A DNA stretch of 64,000 nucleotides from a bacterium (GTDB lineage Bacteria > UBA10199 > 2-02-FULL-44-16 > JAAZCA01). Position numbers and translations under genes: made by a program. Below, piece by piece: positions 1 to 9,100 of this stretch; within the stretch, counting starts at the first letter, position 1; each line of letters begins with the position of its first letter. The DNA lies in contig CAXXGI010000003.1 of NCBI GenBank assembly GCA_963674695.2, positions 800,001 through 864,000 of the forward strand. Direction: 5' to 3'. The notes under the pieces are model-generated. The model was not told the origin of the DNA. It searched no databases and saw nothing but the letters and a program-made list of their open reading frames with translations.

Positions 1-433
1 CGGGGTTGATGCGATCGTAATCGACCACGTTATAGCCGTGTGTGCTTCCCTTTTGCGGAGTCGTGATCGGAGAGAGATAGATCGTGTGAATGCCGCGCGA
101 CTGAAGGCGATCGAGCTGCTCGATAACATCGTCGAAGGTGAATGAAGGGGTGAGCTGCATCCGATAGATCGAAACCGGTGCGGGCAGAAAGGGATCGGCC
201 GATTGAAAAATAGGTCGAAATGACCCGAAGGCCTTGATTCGCTGTGTCAACATGCGGCACGCATCCATTCCGATAGCCCCTTGAGCATGCATACCTGCGG
301 GGATGAAGCGATCGCCATAATAGGAACGCAGGGCGGGACAGTTCGTATCATCCGAGGCCTTCGTGGGTTGAACCAGCTCTCCCCTGCTGGCATCGACAGA
401 GCTCTTCCGATCGTGAGGCGTGATCTTGGCCAT
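1..433 (-). CDS. treY: Malto-oligosyltrehalose synthase (TreY)-like GH13 protein, 5' part (runs off the left edge), with ~85-aa N-terminal extension
   Basis: Not in the ORF track. Manual translation from ATG at 433 (RBS GGGAGG at 442-447) is open to position 2 and reads ...PVSIYRMQLTPSFTFDDVIEQLDRLQSRGIHTIYLSPITTPQKGSTHGYNVVDYDRINP, matching the TreY N-terminus (YRLQL...FTF...YLSPI...GSTHGYDVVD...INP). Confidence 0.8.
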   Translation of the reverse strand, partial: MAKITPHDRKSSVDASRGELVQPTKASDDTNCPALRSYYGDRFIPAGMHAQGAIGMDACRMLTQRIKAFGSFRPIFQSADPFLPAPVSIYRMQLTPSFTFDDVIEQLDRLQSRGIHTIYLSPITTPQKGSTHGYNVVDYDRINP

Positions 434-496
434 AGCCCATTCCTCCCTGATGTCGGCATGGCCCCCTCCATGCATTTGTATAATCCGCCCTCCGCC

Positions 497-1426
497 TTAC
501 GCTTTTGCGAACAGCGGCGACGTATCAGCGGTGAGCATCTTTCCCAACTGCGAAAAACGCCCTTCGATCTCATCGCGCGTGAGCGTGCGCAGGCGATCCA
601 GACCGAAGCCCTGCACCTGAAAAGAAGCCATCACCGTGCCGAAGAGCACGCCGCGGCGCAGCGTTTCATCCTCAAGATTTCCCGCCCGCGCGACCGAACC
701 GAGAAAGCCGCCAGCGAAGGTATCGCCTGCACCGGTTGGATCCGCGATGCTATCGAGCAAAAACGCCGGCGCGGAAAAGATGCCCGCATCGGTAAAGAGG
801 AGCGAACCATATTCGCCGCGTTTGATGACGACGATGCGCGGGCCCCATGCACGAAGCGTCTTTGCCGCCGCGAGCATGCCCGACTCTCCGGTGAGCAACT
901 TCGCTTCACCATCGTTGACGAAGAGACAGTCGACGCGTTCGATCACCTTCTGCAGGGCATCGCGCTCGGTATTGATCCAGAGGTTCATCGTGTCCATCGC
1001 CACGAGCTGCGGCGTTTCCATCTGATCGAGGACCTTGAGCTGCAACTGCGGATGGATATTGGCGAGAAAGAGATAGGGTTTTGTCTTCTGTTCTTCATCG
1101 AGCGTCGGATCGAATTCCGCGAAGACCCCCAGCTGCGTGTCATGCGTCTCCGCGGAGTTGAGATCGTTCAAGTAGCTTCCCGTCCAGCGAAAGGTCTTGC
1201 CCGTCGTGACGACCTCGAGCCCGTTGAGATTGATCCCGCGGCCGCGCAGAAATTCGATATGCGCATCCTCAAAATCGTGCCCCACGATCCCCACCAGATG
1301 GACATCGGTGAAGAAACTCGCCGCGACCGAAAAGTGCGTGGCCGCCCCGCCCAACACATCGTCGCGCTTACCCGCGGGCGTCTCGAGATTATCGTATGCA
1401 ACCGAACCGACGACAAGAATGCTCAT
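497..1426 (-). CDS. PfkB-family carbohydrate/nucleoside kinase
   Basis: VGSVAYD, LGGAA and DPTGAGDTFAGG PfkB signatures; GGAGG RBS; adjacent to mtnP. Confidence 0.92.
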   Translation of the reverse strand: MSILVVGSVAYDNLETPAGKRDDVLGGAATHFSVAASFFTDVHLVGIVGHDFEDAHIEFLRGRGINLNGLEVVTTGKTFRWTGSYLNDLNSAETHDTQLGVFAEFDPTLDEEQKTKPYLFLANIHPQLQLKVLDQMETPQLVAMDTMNLWINTERDALQKVIERVDCLFVNDGEAKLLTGESGMLAAAKTLRAWGPRIVVIKRGEYGSLLFTDAGIFSAPAFLLDSIADPTGAGDTFAGGFLGSVARAGNLEDETLRRGVLFGTVMASFQVQGFGLDRLRTLTRDEIEGRFSQLGKMLTADTSPLFAKA

Positions 1427-1440
1427 GATACCTCCATGAT

Positions 1441-1584
1441 TCGTAACTCGTAACTCGTAACTTGTAACTCGTAACTTGTGACTTGTGACTTGTGACTTGT
1501 GACTTGTGACTTGTGACTTGTGACTTGTGACTTGTGACTTGCTTTCTCGTTTTACGAGTAACGAGTGACGAGTAACGAGTCACG
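1441..1584. repeat. Heptamer tandem array (14 units: 5 x TYGTAAC then 9 x TTGTGAC) followed by a short, roughly inverted heptamer arm
   Basis: Directly visible at 1441-1538; TAACGAG/TGACGAG units at 1552-1584. Confidence 0.95.
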
Positions 1585-2443
1585 CAAGATATTTTCCAAC
1601 AATCGGTTTCAGGCGATTTTTCACGTCGTCTGCAATCTGATTGCGCGGGGTGAGAATTGCATGTTCAAGCGACGACCGACAGGAGCACCCGTCACCATCA
1701 TCGAGTTTTGGAAGCACCTCGCGAATGGTCATCTGCGCCTTGGAGACATTCTCCTGAAGGATCTTGATGACCCCCGCAACATCGACGTGCTCCTCGGTCT
1801 CGTGCCAGCAATCGTAGTCGGTGGCCAGCGCGATCGTGGCGTAACAGATCTCCGCCTCGCGCGCGAGTTTGGCCTCGGTATAGTTGGTCATGCCGATGAC
1901 GTCCACGCCCCACTGCCGATAGATGTTCGATTCGGCCTTCGAGGAGAACATCGGCCCTTCGATGCAGACATAGGTGCCGCCATCGTGCACCGTGGCACCG
2001 ATCTGGCGCGCAGCGCTTGCAAGCCCCTGACGCAGGCGATCGCAGACCGGGTGCGCAAAACCGACATGCACCGCAATGCCGTCCTCGAAGAAGGTCTGAT
2101 GCCGCACCTTGGTGCGATCGACGAACTGATCGACGATGACCAGATCGCCGGGATGGATGTCCTCGCGCATCGAGCCGACCGCCGAAATCGAGATAATCGT
2201 CTCAACGCCGAGTGTTTTGAGCGCATAGATATTGGCGCGATAGTTGATCTGATGGGGAGGCGTGGTATGCCCGCGCCCGTGCCGCGGCAGGAAGGCGACG
2301 TCGCGGCCGGCCAGGCGCCCCAGATGAACCCGGTCGGAGGGCTCGCCGAACGGCGTTGCGACCTCTTTTTCTTCCGTAATTTCAACGCCTTCCATCTGAT
2401 AGAGCCCGCTGCCCCCGATGATGCCGATTCTCGCCTGTGTCAT
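1580..2443 (-). CDS. mtnP: S-methyl-5'-thioadenosine phosphorylase
   Basis: IGIIGGSGLY, TPFGEPSD, PRHGRGH, INYRANIYALK, IEGP-FS-KAES, VIGMT, EAKLAREAE and TDYDCW motifs. Confidence 0.95.
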   Translation of the reverse strand: MTQARIGIIGGSGLYQMEGVEITEEKEVATPFGEPSDRVHLGRLAGRDVAFLPRHGRGHTTPPHQINYRANIYALKTLGVETIISISAVGSMREDIHPGDLVIVDQFVDRTKVRHQTFFEDGIAVHVGFAHPVCDRLRQGLASAARQIGATVHDGGTYVCIEGPMFSSKAESNIYRQWGVDVIGMTNYTEAKLAREAEICYATIALATDYDCWHETEEHVDVAGVIKILQENVSKAQMTIREVLPKLDDGDGCSCRSSLEHAILTPRNQIADDVKNRLKPIVGKYLA

Positions 2444-2569
2444 GAAAAACACCCCTTTCCGGTGAAGAAAGCGCTGAGCTTAAAGCACACCCCAGCGCCC
2501 AAAATCAAGCGTTTCCGGGGCGGCACAAGGAGCGAACCTGACGGCATTCGTTTGGCGGCATGAGGAATT

Positions 2570-4666
2570 TCAGGTGGAGGTGAGGGATGGAGCCATGAAT
2601 ACCGTCGGCATGAGCGCATCATCAGCCATACCCACGCTCACCTCCATGGCATCGAGATCGGCGGCATCCCCCTCATATTCATCCGAACCGGCGGTCGCAA
2701 ACAGGATGCGCGCTCCGTCCCCCGGGTCATGCAACACCAAGGGGGCATCGAGCGAAGGCTGTCCCGTCCATACGCTTGGGCTCACAGGTGAAGATGGTGC
2801 ATTGCCGTTTCGGCGCCGCCTCATCGCCATCGCCTCCGAGTCCGCGATGCGCTCGAGCATCTCCAAACGCTCATCAAAAATGCGCATCCGCGCGACAATC
2901 GCACCGAGACCCCCTGCACCCCGCTCGCGTGCCGCGTTTATCTCACGCGCGACCTCCCGATGCATCGCATCGGCGGCGGCGTTTTGAATCGTTTGGGGAA
3001 GCTTCTCATAGCGCCCTGACTGTCGTGCGAAGTCATGGATGAATTGACCGAAACGACGGAACCATTCCGTTCGCGGCGGGAGAAAGCGATTGATCTCATC
3101 GAACACCTCGGCGCTCAACCTCCGCGCCAACACGGTGCGAACCGCTTTCAGATTGTAATACACCTGGGGCACGTCCGCCCCCGGCAGGACAACACGAAAT
3201 CGCAGACGTGACTGGCCTTCCAGGGAGGATTGCAAGAACTCGTCGAGTTCCTGGAGACGGTCGCGATCGAAGCCCGCATCGATGGCCTCGGCGACCGAAA
3301 TGAATCGCTGAACATCCTCTGCGGCATTCGCACGGATATAATCCATATCGCCCAGGGTCACCTCGCGCAACATGCGCCCCACAACCGCCAGTCGCCATGT
3401 GAGGTCTTCGACCTCGAAGGAACCGTTGTGTTCGCGAATATGTGCAATATTTTTGCTCACGATGTGCGTCGCATCGATCTCTGAAAAGAGAGGGAGATAG
3501 CATCGATGCCCCGCGACGACCTCCATCATGCCATCCAATATCTCATCGAGATGGTCGCGCAGGATGTATTTGAAATAGCGCCGCTTGCGACCCGCCTTCG
3601 TTCGCACCCCGTCATCGCGGATCCACTGGGCGAGAAAGAGATAGTCATCCGCCTCGACCGCAAGCGCATCATGCCGACGCGGCGGCGGCAAGAGAGCGGG
3701 AACGTCCGGCACGAAAGGCTCACCCTGCTCGCCCCTTTCGAGGAACGAGTCATGAATGACGCGCCCGTTGTAATCGCCATGCACATTGAGATGAATCTTC
3801 AAGCCGACGCGCATACGCTCGGCAACATAGATCGTATGCTCAACCCACCCCGGATATATCTTGTCTCCATAGAGGGCAAATTCCACGCCGCGCAGGTCGA
3901 GGTCCTTGGCCACCGCCAGGAGCTTGAGCACCTGGGCCTCATGAAGGAAACATTCCCTCTCCGACTGGATGCTCGGTATCGGACCAAAAACCGCACCAGA
4001 CCGCTGCATCTTGACCTCTACGAGTCGATCGCCGCTGACGACAGCATCTATCTCGGTCACGCTGGTCAGGAATTCGTACATCTGGGTTACCATAGAGTTG
4101 AACTGTTGGCGAAGCTCTCTGCGCAGGTCTGACGGAATCAGGTGCCACGGAACATCGACGCCCTGGCGCGCCAGCACCCGATTGCCCAGGGGAGCTTCCC
4201 GCTCCGCCAGGTCGGCGGTATGGCGCATCTCCTGGAGCGTCCCGGCAATAACCGATTCCTTTAGAGAGAGCAGGCCGAAGTGACCAAGGAACTTAGCGAC
4301 CCCCTCCACGTCGGCGTCGATGAGACGTCCAAAGAGATCCAGCGCAAACCCCAACCAGTCCGTTTGCGTGATCCAGGGCAAGCCCAACATACCCTGTAAC
4401 GCAGCATTCTCGACGAGTGCCTTTGCATTCCCCTTATTGAATGAGGCAAGGCGCGCGAGCGTCTCCCGCTGAGAAAACTCAAGAGGGGCAATGCGCCGAT
4501 CGCCGCTCAGGCCCAGCTCGCGCATCCAAGCCGAAACGACCTGTTCACGCTCGGGTGTGGGGTGAAGATCAGAACCGTCACCCACATCCGAAGATGGCTG
4601 AGCCCCTCCCGACACAGACATCCTCCCGGCTGCCCCTCCGCTCTCATCTGTGCGATCGATGCTCAT
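2570..4666 (-). CDS. Large orphan protein (698 aa) with a candidate PD-(D/E)xK nuclease motif and an acidic low-complexity C-terminal tail
   Basis: Long ORF between recognisable genes; EIDAVVSGDRLVEVK...Q..K motif; disordered termini. Confidence 0.75.
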   Translation of the reverse strand: MSIDRTDESGGAAGRMSVSGGAQPSSDVGDGSDLHPTPEREQVVSAWMRELGLSGDRRIAPLEFSQRETLARLASFNKGNAKALVENAALQGMLGLPWITQTDWLGFALDLFGRLIDADVEGVAKFLGHFGLLSLKESVIAGTLQEMRHTADLAEREAPLGNRVLARQGVDVPWHLIPSDLRRELRQQFNSMVTQMYEFLTSVTEIDAVVSGDRLVEVKMQRSGAVFGPIPSIQSERECFLHEAQVLKLLAVAKDLDLRGVEFALYGDKIYPGWVEHTIYVAERMRVGLKIHLNVHGDYNGRVIHDSFLERGEQGEPFVPDVPALLPPPRRHDALAVEADDYLFLAQWIRDDGVRTKAGRKRRYFKYILRDHLDEILDGMMEVVAGHRCYLPLFSEIDATHIVSKNIAHIREHNGSFEVEDLTWRLAVVGRMLREVTLGDMDYIRANAAEDVQRFISVAEAIDAGFDRDRLQELDEFLQSSLEGQSRLRFRVVLPGADVPQVYYNLKAVRTVLARRLSAEVFDEINRFLPPRTEWFRRFGQFIHDFARQSGRYEKLPQTIQNAAADAMHREVAREINAARERGAGGLGAIVARMRIFDERLEMLERIADSEAMAMRRRRNGNAPSSPVSPSVWTGQPSLDAPLVLHDPGDGARILFATAGSDEYEGDAADLDAMEVSVGMADDALMPTVFMAPSLTST

Positions 4667-4674
4667 ACCACCCC

Positions 4675-4702
4675 TTATCGTCGAACACCCTCAAAGGTTG
4701 CG
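4675..4702 (-). promoter_or_regulatory. sigma28 (FliA/WhiG)-like promoter
   Basis: Minus strand CGCAACCTTT-N10-GACGATAA, 8 nt before the ATG at 4666; identical spacing to two other copies in this window. Confidence 0.6.
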
Positions 4703-4790
4703 TCATTTGTAAAAAACCCTTTTCGCCATATCAACACGTCCATGACGTGACCACACTGTTCTCTTTTGAAAACGGTTTTTTCCAAATCAA

Positions 4791-4818
4791 CGCAACTTTT
4801 ACGGTGAGCATGCGATAT
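4791..4818 (+). promoter_or_regulatory. sigma28 (FliA/WhiG)-like promoter
   Basis: CGCAACTTTT-N10-TGCGATAT upstream of the ATG at 4847. Confidence 0.55.
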
Positions 4819-4846
4819 ACACATGCAACCAAACGCGAGGAGTCCC

Positions 4847-6109
4847 ATGTTTAAACTCAATATCATCGGCAACCCTCCCCCCACACAAGTGCCCACCGGT
4901 CTCCCTTTGGGACTCGAAAACATCGAAGCGAGCGACTCCGATGGCGCATTCGATAACACAGATTACATCGATATCGCAGCAGGAGGGGCAAGCTCATTTG
5001 AGTTTCAGGCCGAAACACAATCGCCACAGGCTATCATCGCGTCTCAAGTGCTCAAGAGCATCCGCAATGGCAGCGAAGCCCATGAAGCCCTTGCACTGAT
5101 GCCGAAATCAGGAGCAACGCCCGACGAAAACGTTACCGCCACGATAGAACGATTCATCCGTGATACCGAAGTGGAGGACGCAAAGACCCACGCGCGCGCA
5201 GAAGAGATTATCGAGTGGATGAAAGCGTTTTCCCAATCGATCGATCCCATCGCCGTTGGCTACAAGGGGACAACGTGGTGGAGCCGGTTCATTGGACGAA
5301 AGATCGATCCCGGCGACGTCCTTCGCGAAATCCTCCGGACCATCGACATCGAGGGACAAAACGGTGACGACGCCAAGACGTTCATCAGGCGATACACCGA
5401 CAGCCTCATCGCCAGAAGGGAAACCCTCCGGGAGCTCAAAGGGTCAATTGAAGAACGCGCCTTTCAGAACGCTGCCGTCACAGAACTTTTGAGTCGCATC
5501 AATAGGGGAATACGTGAGATGCAAGATGACCCTCTCAATGCCGACGATAATCGCCGACTCCAAGATGCACATGAGGAGGTCATCGCATGCCAGCTCGATC
5601 ACGGTGAATCGGCCACTCGCATCACGCAAAGCGCTTCCCGTACACAGCAGCTAATGCGCAAAATCAGCCAAGTCATCGACTCCAATAATCGAACCATAGC
5701 GACATTCGAGGCGATCATGCCCATCTTCCAGCAGTTGGTCGCACGCCTTCATAACCTCAACGAGAATGACAAACTGCTCCCGGCAACGAGTGCATTCCTG
5801 ACCATCGCTGTTCGTTCGAAGGGGAACCTGAAGGAGGAAGAAGCACTTCGGAGCATGTCGCCCGCCCACCCAATCATACACTACATTCAAAATCTCATCG
5901 GTGCAGCACAGCGTCTACAAGACGCCACCAACATCTTCGCCCAGTCCCATGAAGCGATGTCCAGGGCCTCACAAGAGAACCTCCCGAAACTCTCTCGCAT
6001 GATGACGATGCCGCACAAAACAAGCATACGCCTTGCCGACACGCACCCCACGAATGCAATCGGCACATCGAATCGAGCCACGCTTCCTGCGCCGAAGAAG
6101 AGAACGTAA
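4847..6109 (+). CDS. Coiled-coil protein resembling the TelA/KlaB toxic-anion-resistance family, with an acidic N-terminal leader
   Basis: RBS GAGGAG then ATG at 4847; IDP...KGTTWWSRFIGRK and QLMRKISQVIDSNNRTIATFEAIMPIFQQ recall TelA segments (LDP...GFLGKLFGK; QIRLIQNNN....IPLWK). Confidence 0.6.
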   Translation: MFKLNIIGNPPPTQVPTGLPLGLENIEASDSDGAFDNTDYIDIAAGGASSFEFQAETQSPQAIIASQVLKSIRNGSEAHEALALMPKSGATPDENVTATIERFIRDTEVEDAKTHARAEEIIEWMKAFSQSIDPIAVGYKGTTWWSRFIGRKIDPGDVLREILRTIDIEGQNGDDAKTFIRRYTDSLIARRETLRELKGSIEERAFQNAAVTELLSRINRGIREMQDDPLNADDNRRLQDAHEEVIACQLDHGESATRITQSASRTQQLMRKISQVIDSNNRTIATFEAIMPIFQQLVARLHNLNENDKLLPATSAFLTIAVRSKGNLKEEEALRSMSPAHPIIHYIQNLIGAAQRLQDATNIFAQSHEAMSRASQENLPKLSRMMTMPHKTSIRLADTHPTNAIGTSNRATLPAPKKRT

Positions 6110-6147
6110 ACGCACCAGATGAGGGGAGAATAACAAAGAGGAGACCC

Positions 6148-9100
6148 ATGTCATCGGTCATTCACCACATGACATCGCTGCCATTTGCATTGGCACCGGA
6201 CGCATCCGAGACGGATGTTGCCTTCGCGTATGCGGATGAAGCGATGGAGACAGAGGACTTCGACGCAAGCGCCTTTGTCGCGGAAGGTTCCGATGAAACC
6301 GGCATGGCGGCCTCGTCCTGGGGGTCCGAGTGGCATACGGCCACGCTTCTCAAAGAGAGTCCCGCATGGGTGAAAACGATCCCCCTCTCACGCAGAGACA
6401 TGACACCCGATGAGGGGGGACACCGGACAACAGCCGCATTCGCGCCGCCGCCGCCGAACACCGCGGTAAGACGAGCAAGCGAACAGGACGACAGAACCCT
6501 TCGGATGGTAATCAGAAATCTGATGGACGACTTCAATGTGCATACATCATCATCGATTGATATCAGGGGAAGAATCATTCACGCCCTCCCCTGGACTGAC
6601 GTTCGACCATTCTACATGGCCCTTCTTGTGCGAATCGCACAAGACCGTTACGATGGTTCGGCAGCTCAGTTCAAACAAGTCCTGCAATATGCCGGCTCTC
6701 ATTGGAAGCAGGAACGCCGCACCATCCTCGGTGCAGATACATTCGATTACAACGACGGTCACCCCCTCCCCTCCTCCGTCTTAGCAGATACAGACATCCA
6801 CCTCAACGTCAGGGATACGACCCAGCCATTCCTCGACGCCATCCTCCCACGTATTACGGACGATGATGCCATCGAACGGAAGCAAGCCATCACTGCCCTC
6901 ACGCTCATACTGGAATCTGCAGATGCGCACGGGGATAAATGCTGGCAAAGAACCATCATCAGCAGCATACGCGATTTCCGCCACAGCCAGGGTTTCCCCG
7001 CATCGCTCTTGGCGGATATTGCCATCCATGTGAGCCACCGTGATGCCATCGCACTCTTCACCGACATCATTTCCCCGCGCATGCATAGCAATGACCGCGC
7101 GTTACGAGAGGAAGCCTGCGCTGCCTTCACACGCGTGAAGAGACACGCCGACAAACACTGGCACCGGAATGACATCAAGCGCCTTGAGGGCGGCAACTCC
7201 ATTTCCAACAAACAGATCATTTCACCATCAGGAGATGCCACCTCCTCAAACGTCTCTATCAACATCGCCACCGTATTGAACGAGGCGGCCCCCATTGTAG
7301 AGGGAATGCTAAAAGAGAGCATGAGCATCACATCGGAGATCCACACATCCTTCACAAACGGCACTTCCGCCCACACCACACATATCACTCTCCATCCTCG
7401 ACACCCATCCCAAAAAGTGGATGCGCGGATTTCCGGGCCCGTCCGCACCCTCACAGATGCATCGCAGACCTCACGCCTCAACAACATCATTCCGCGCATC
7501 AACTGCGGCAATGCCAAGATTCAGCGTATAGCACGAGATGAGTTCCTAGGCGTATTGCAAGAGATGCATACGGAGGACAATCGAACGCACTCATGCGCCG
7601 CACTCACCCGTCTCCTCAATGAATCAAGCGATCTCCCCCGCGATTTTCTCATCCAGATCGCTGCGCTCGCACCAGAGGGAACGTTTGACAGCATCCTCTT
7701 TGGTTTCCTGAAGAAGAACATCGCTGCGCAATGGGACAAGAACGCACCCAGCCCCTTCCCCGACCAGATACCGGAAGGGAAGACGATCACCGCGATGATC
7801 GATATCGCCTTCGAACCGATCGAGGTGTATCGCTCATCGCTCAAGCAGCTCACCGATATTGTTTCGCGCGGACCGAAGGCAGCCGCAGAATTCGATTCAG
7901 TCCTCGATGAACACAACTTTTCACACCCACTCGACGGAATATATCTCGCAGAAAACCATACCCTCAAAAGGGCCTTCGCTGGATACCTCTCTCAAACAAG
8001 AGACACCTCATACGATGCATGGCACCCCCTTATGCAGATCAGCACGGAGGCTCGCCACAGCGTCCTCAAACCCCCTTTCCAACAAGCCCTGTCAACATTC
8101 GCCAAAAACAATACATCCCCTCACCTCATCCCCTTAAGTGTGCGACTCGCCCTTGAGCTCACCCCACGCACGCCGCATCTGACTCAATTGGCACATCACC
8201 TCTCTCACCAGCAGTGGGATGAGCTGGCCGGGCTTCTCCGGAACAGCATCCGTACGTTTGATGACACCGCACGCGATACCATCGCGGCCGAGTTTCTCCA
8301 TGCACACAATGATAGACACTTCAGCATGCCAAACCCATGCTATGCTGGCGCCCTCATCGCTGCGACACAAGCCGAGACACGCGCGAAGCTCTTGCGCATC
8401 CTCATCGAACGCCGGGCCTGGACAGAGATTCAGGAGCCCCTGAATCAGCTACGTGCAGCGGACACTCCGGATATTGACGACCTGAACGCGATCGTCCTGC
8501 AGGCCGCCAAGACGCAGACCGTTCCATTCGAACTCCTCGAGACCATTCCCGCTGCACACGAAGAATCCAAAAAGTGGCTCGACGCTGTCGGCTTTGGTCA
8601 GCAGGGCTCCGTCCACGAAGACCCCGTGCGATGGTATGAGATCAATACCGCGCAGGCCCTCATCGGATTCCTCGTCAAATGGACCTTCGCGCCCTCGATC
8701 GAATCGTCACCCCTGAGCCGTTTTCAGGCGCAGCGTGAGATGCGACGCGCCAAAACCACGCTCACAGAACTCGCGCTCGCCCATGCGCGCGGGGAAGGCC
8801 ACGGCGTCCTCACCATCCGCAATGTCGTGAATGCCCTGGCCAAATCGCTGGACCGTGATCCCGTCGGCGACCAGATCGAGGAGATCCTGGAGGGGGAGTC
8901 GAGCGAAGAGGCGCTTAAAACCCTGTTACGATCATCGCTGCCCACGCTCCTCATCGTCTGGCGCAAGCGCATGCAGGCGATGGCCTTCGACCCGCCGCTT
9001 CTTCACGAGGCTCCTCCTTCACCTCTGCGCCTCTTTACGGATGCGGCCAGCATTCGAAACAGAATGGACACGCTCGCAGCGGAGCAGGAAGAACCACTCG

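Noticed and set aside
30-573. ORF-track entries 30..260 and 247..573 (minus)
   Set aside because: Wrong frames; the third minus frame from 433 gives a clear TreY-like sequence with an RBS.
281-2563. Long + strand ORFs 281..1453 and 1565..2563
   Set aside because: Antisense shadows of the PfkB kinase and mtnP genes, typical of GC-rich codon bias.
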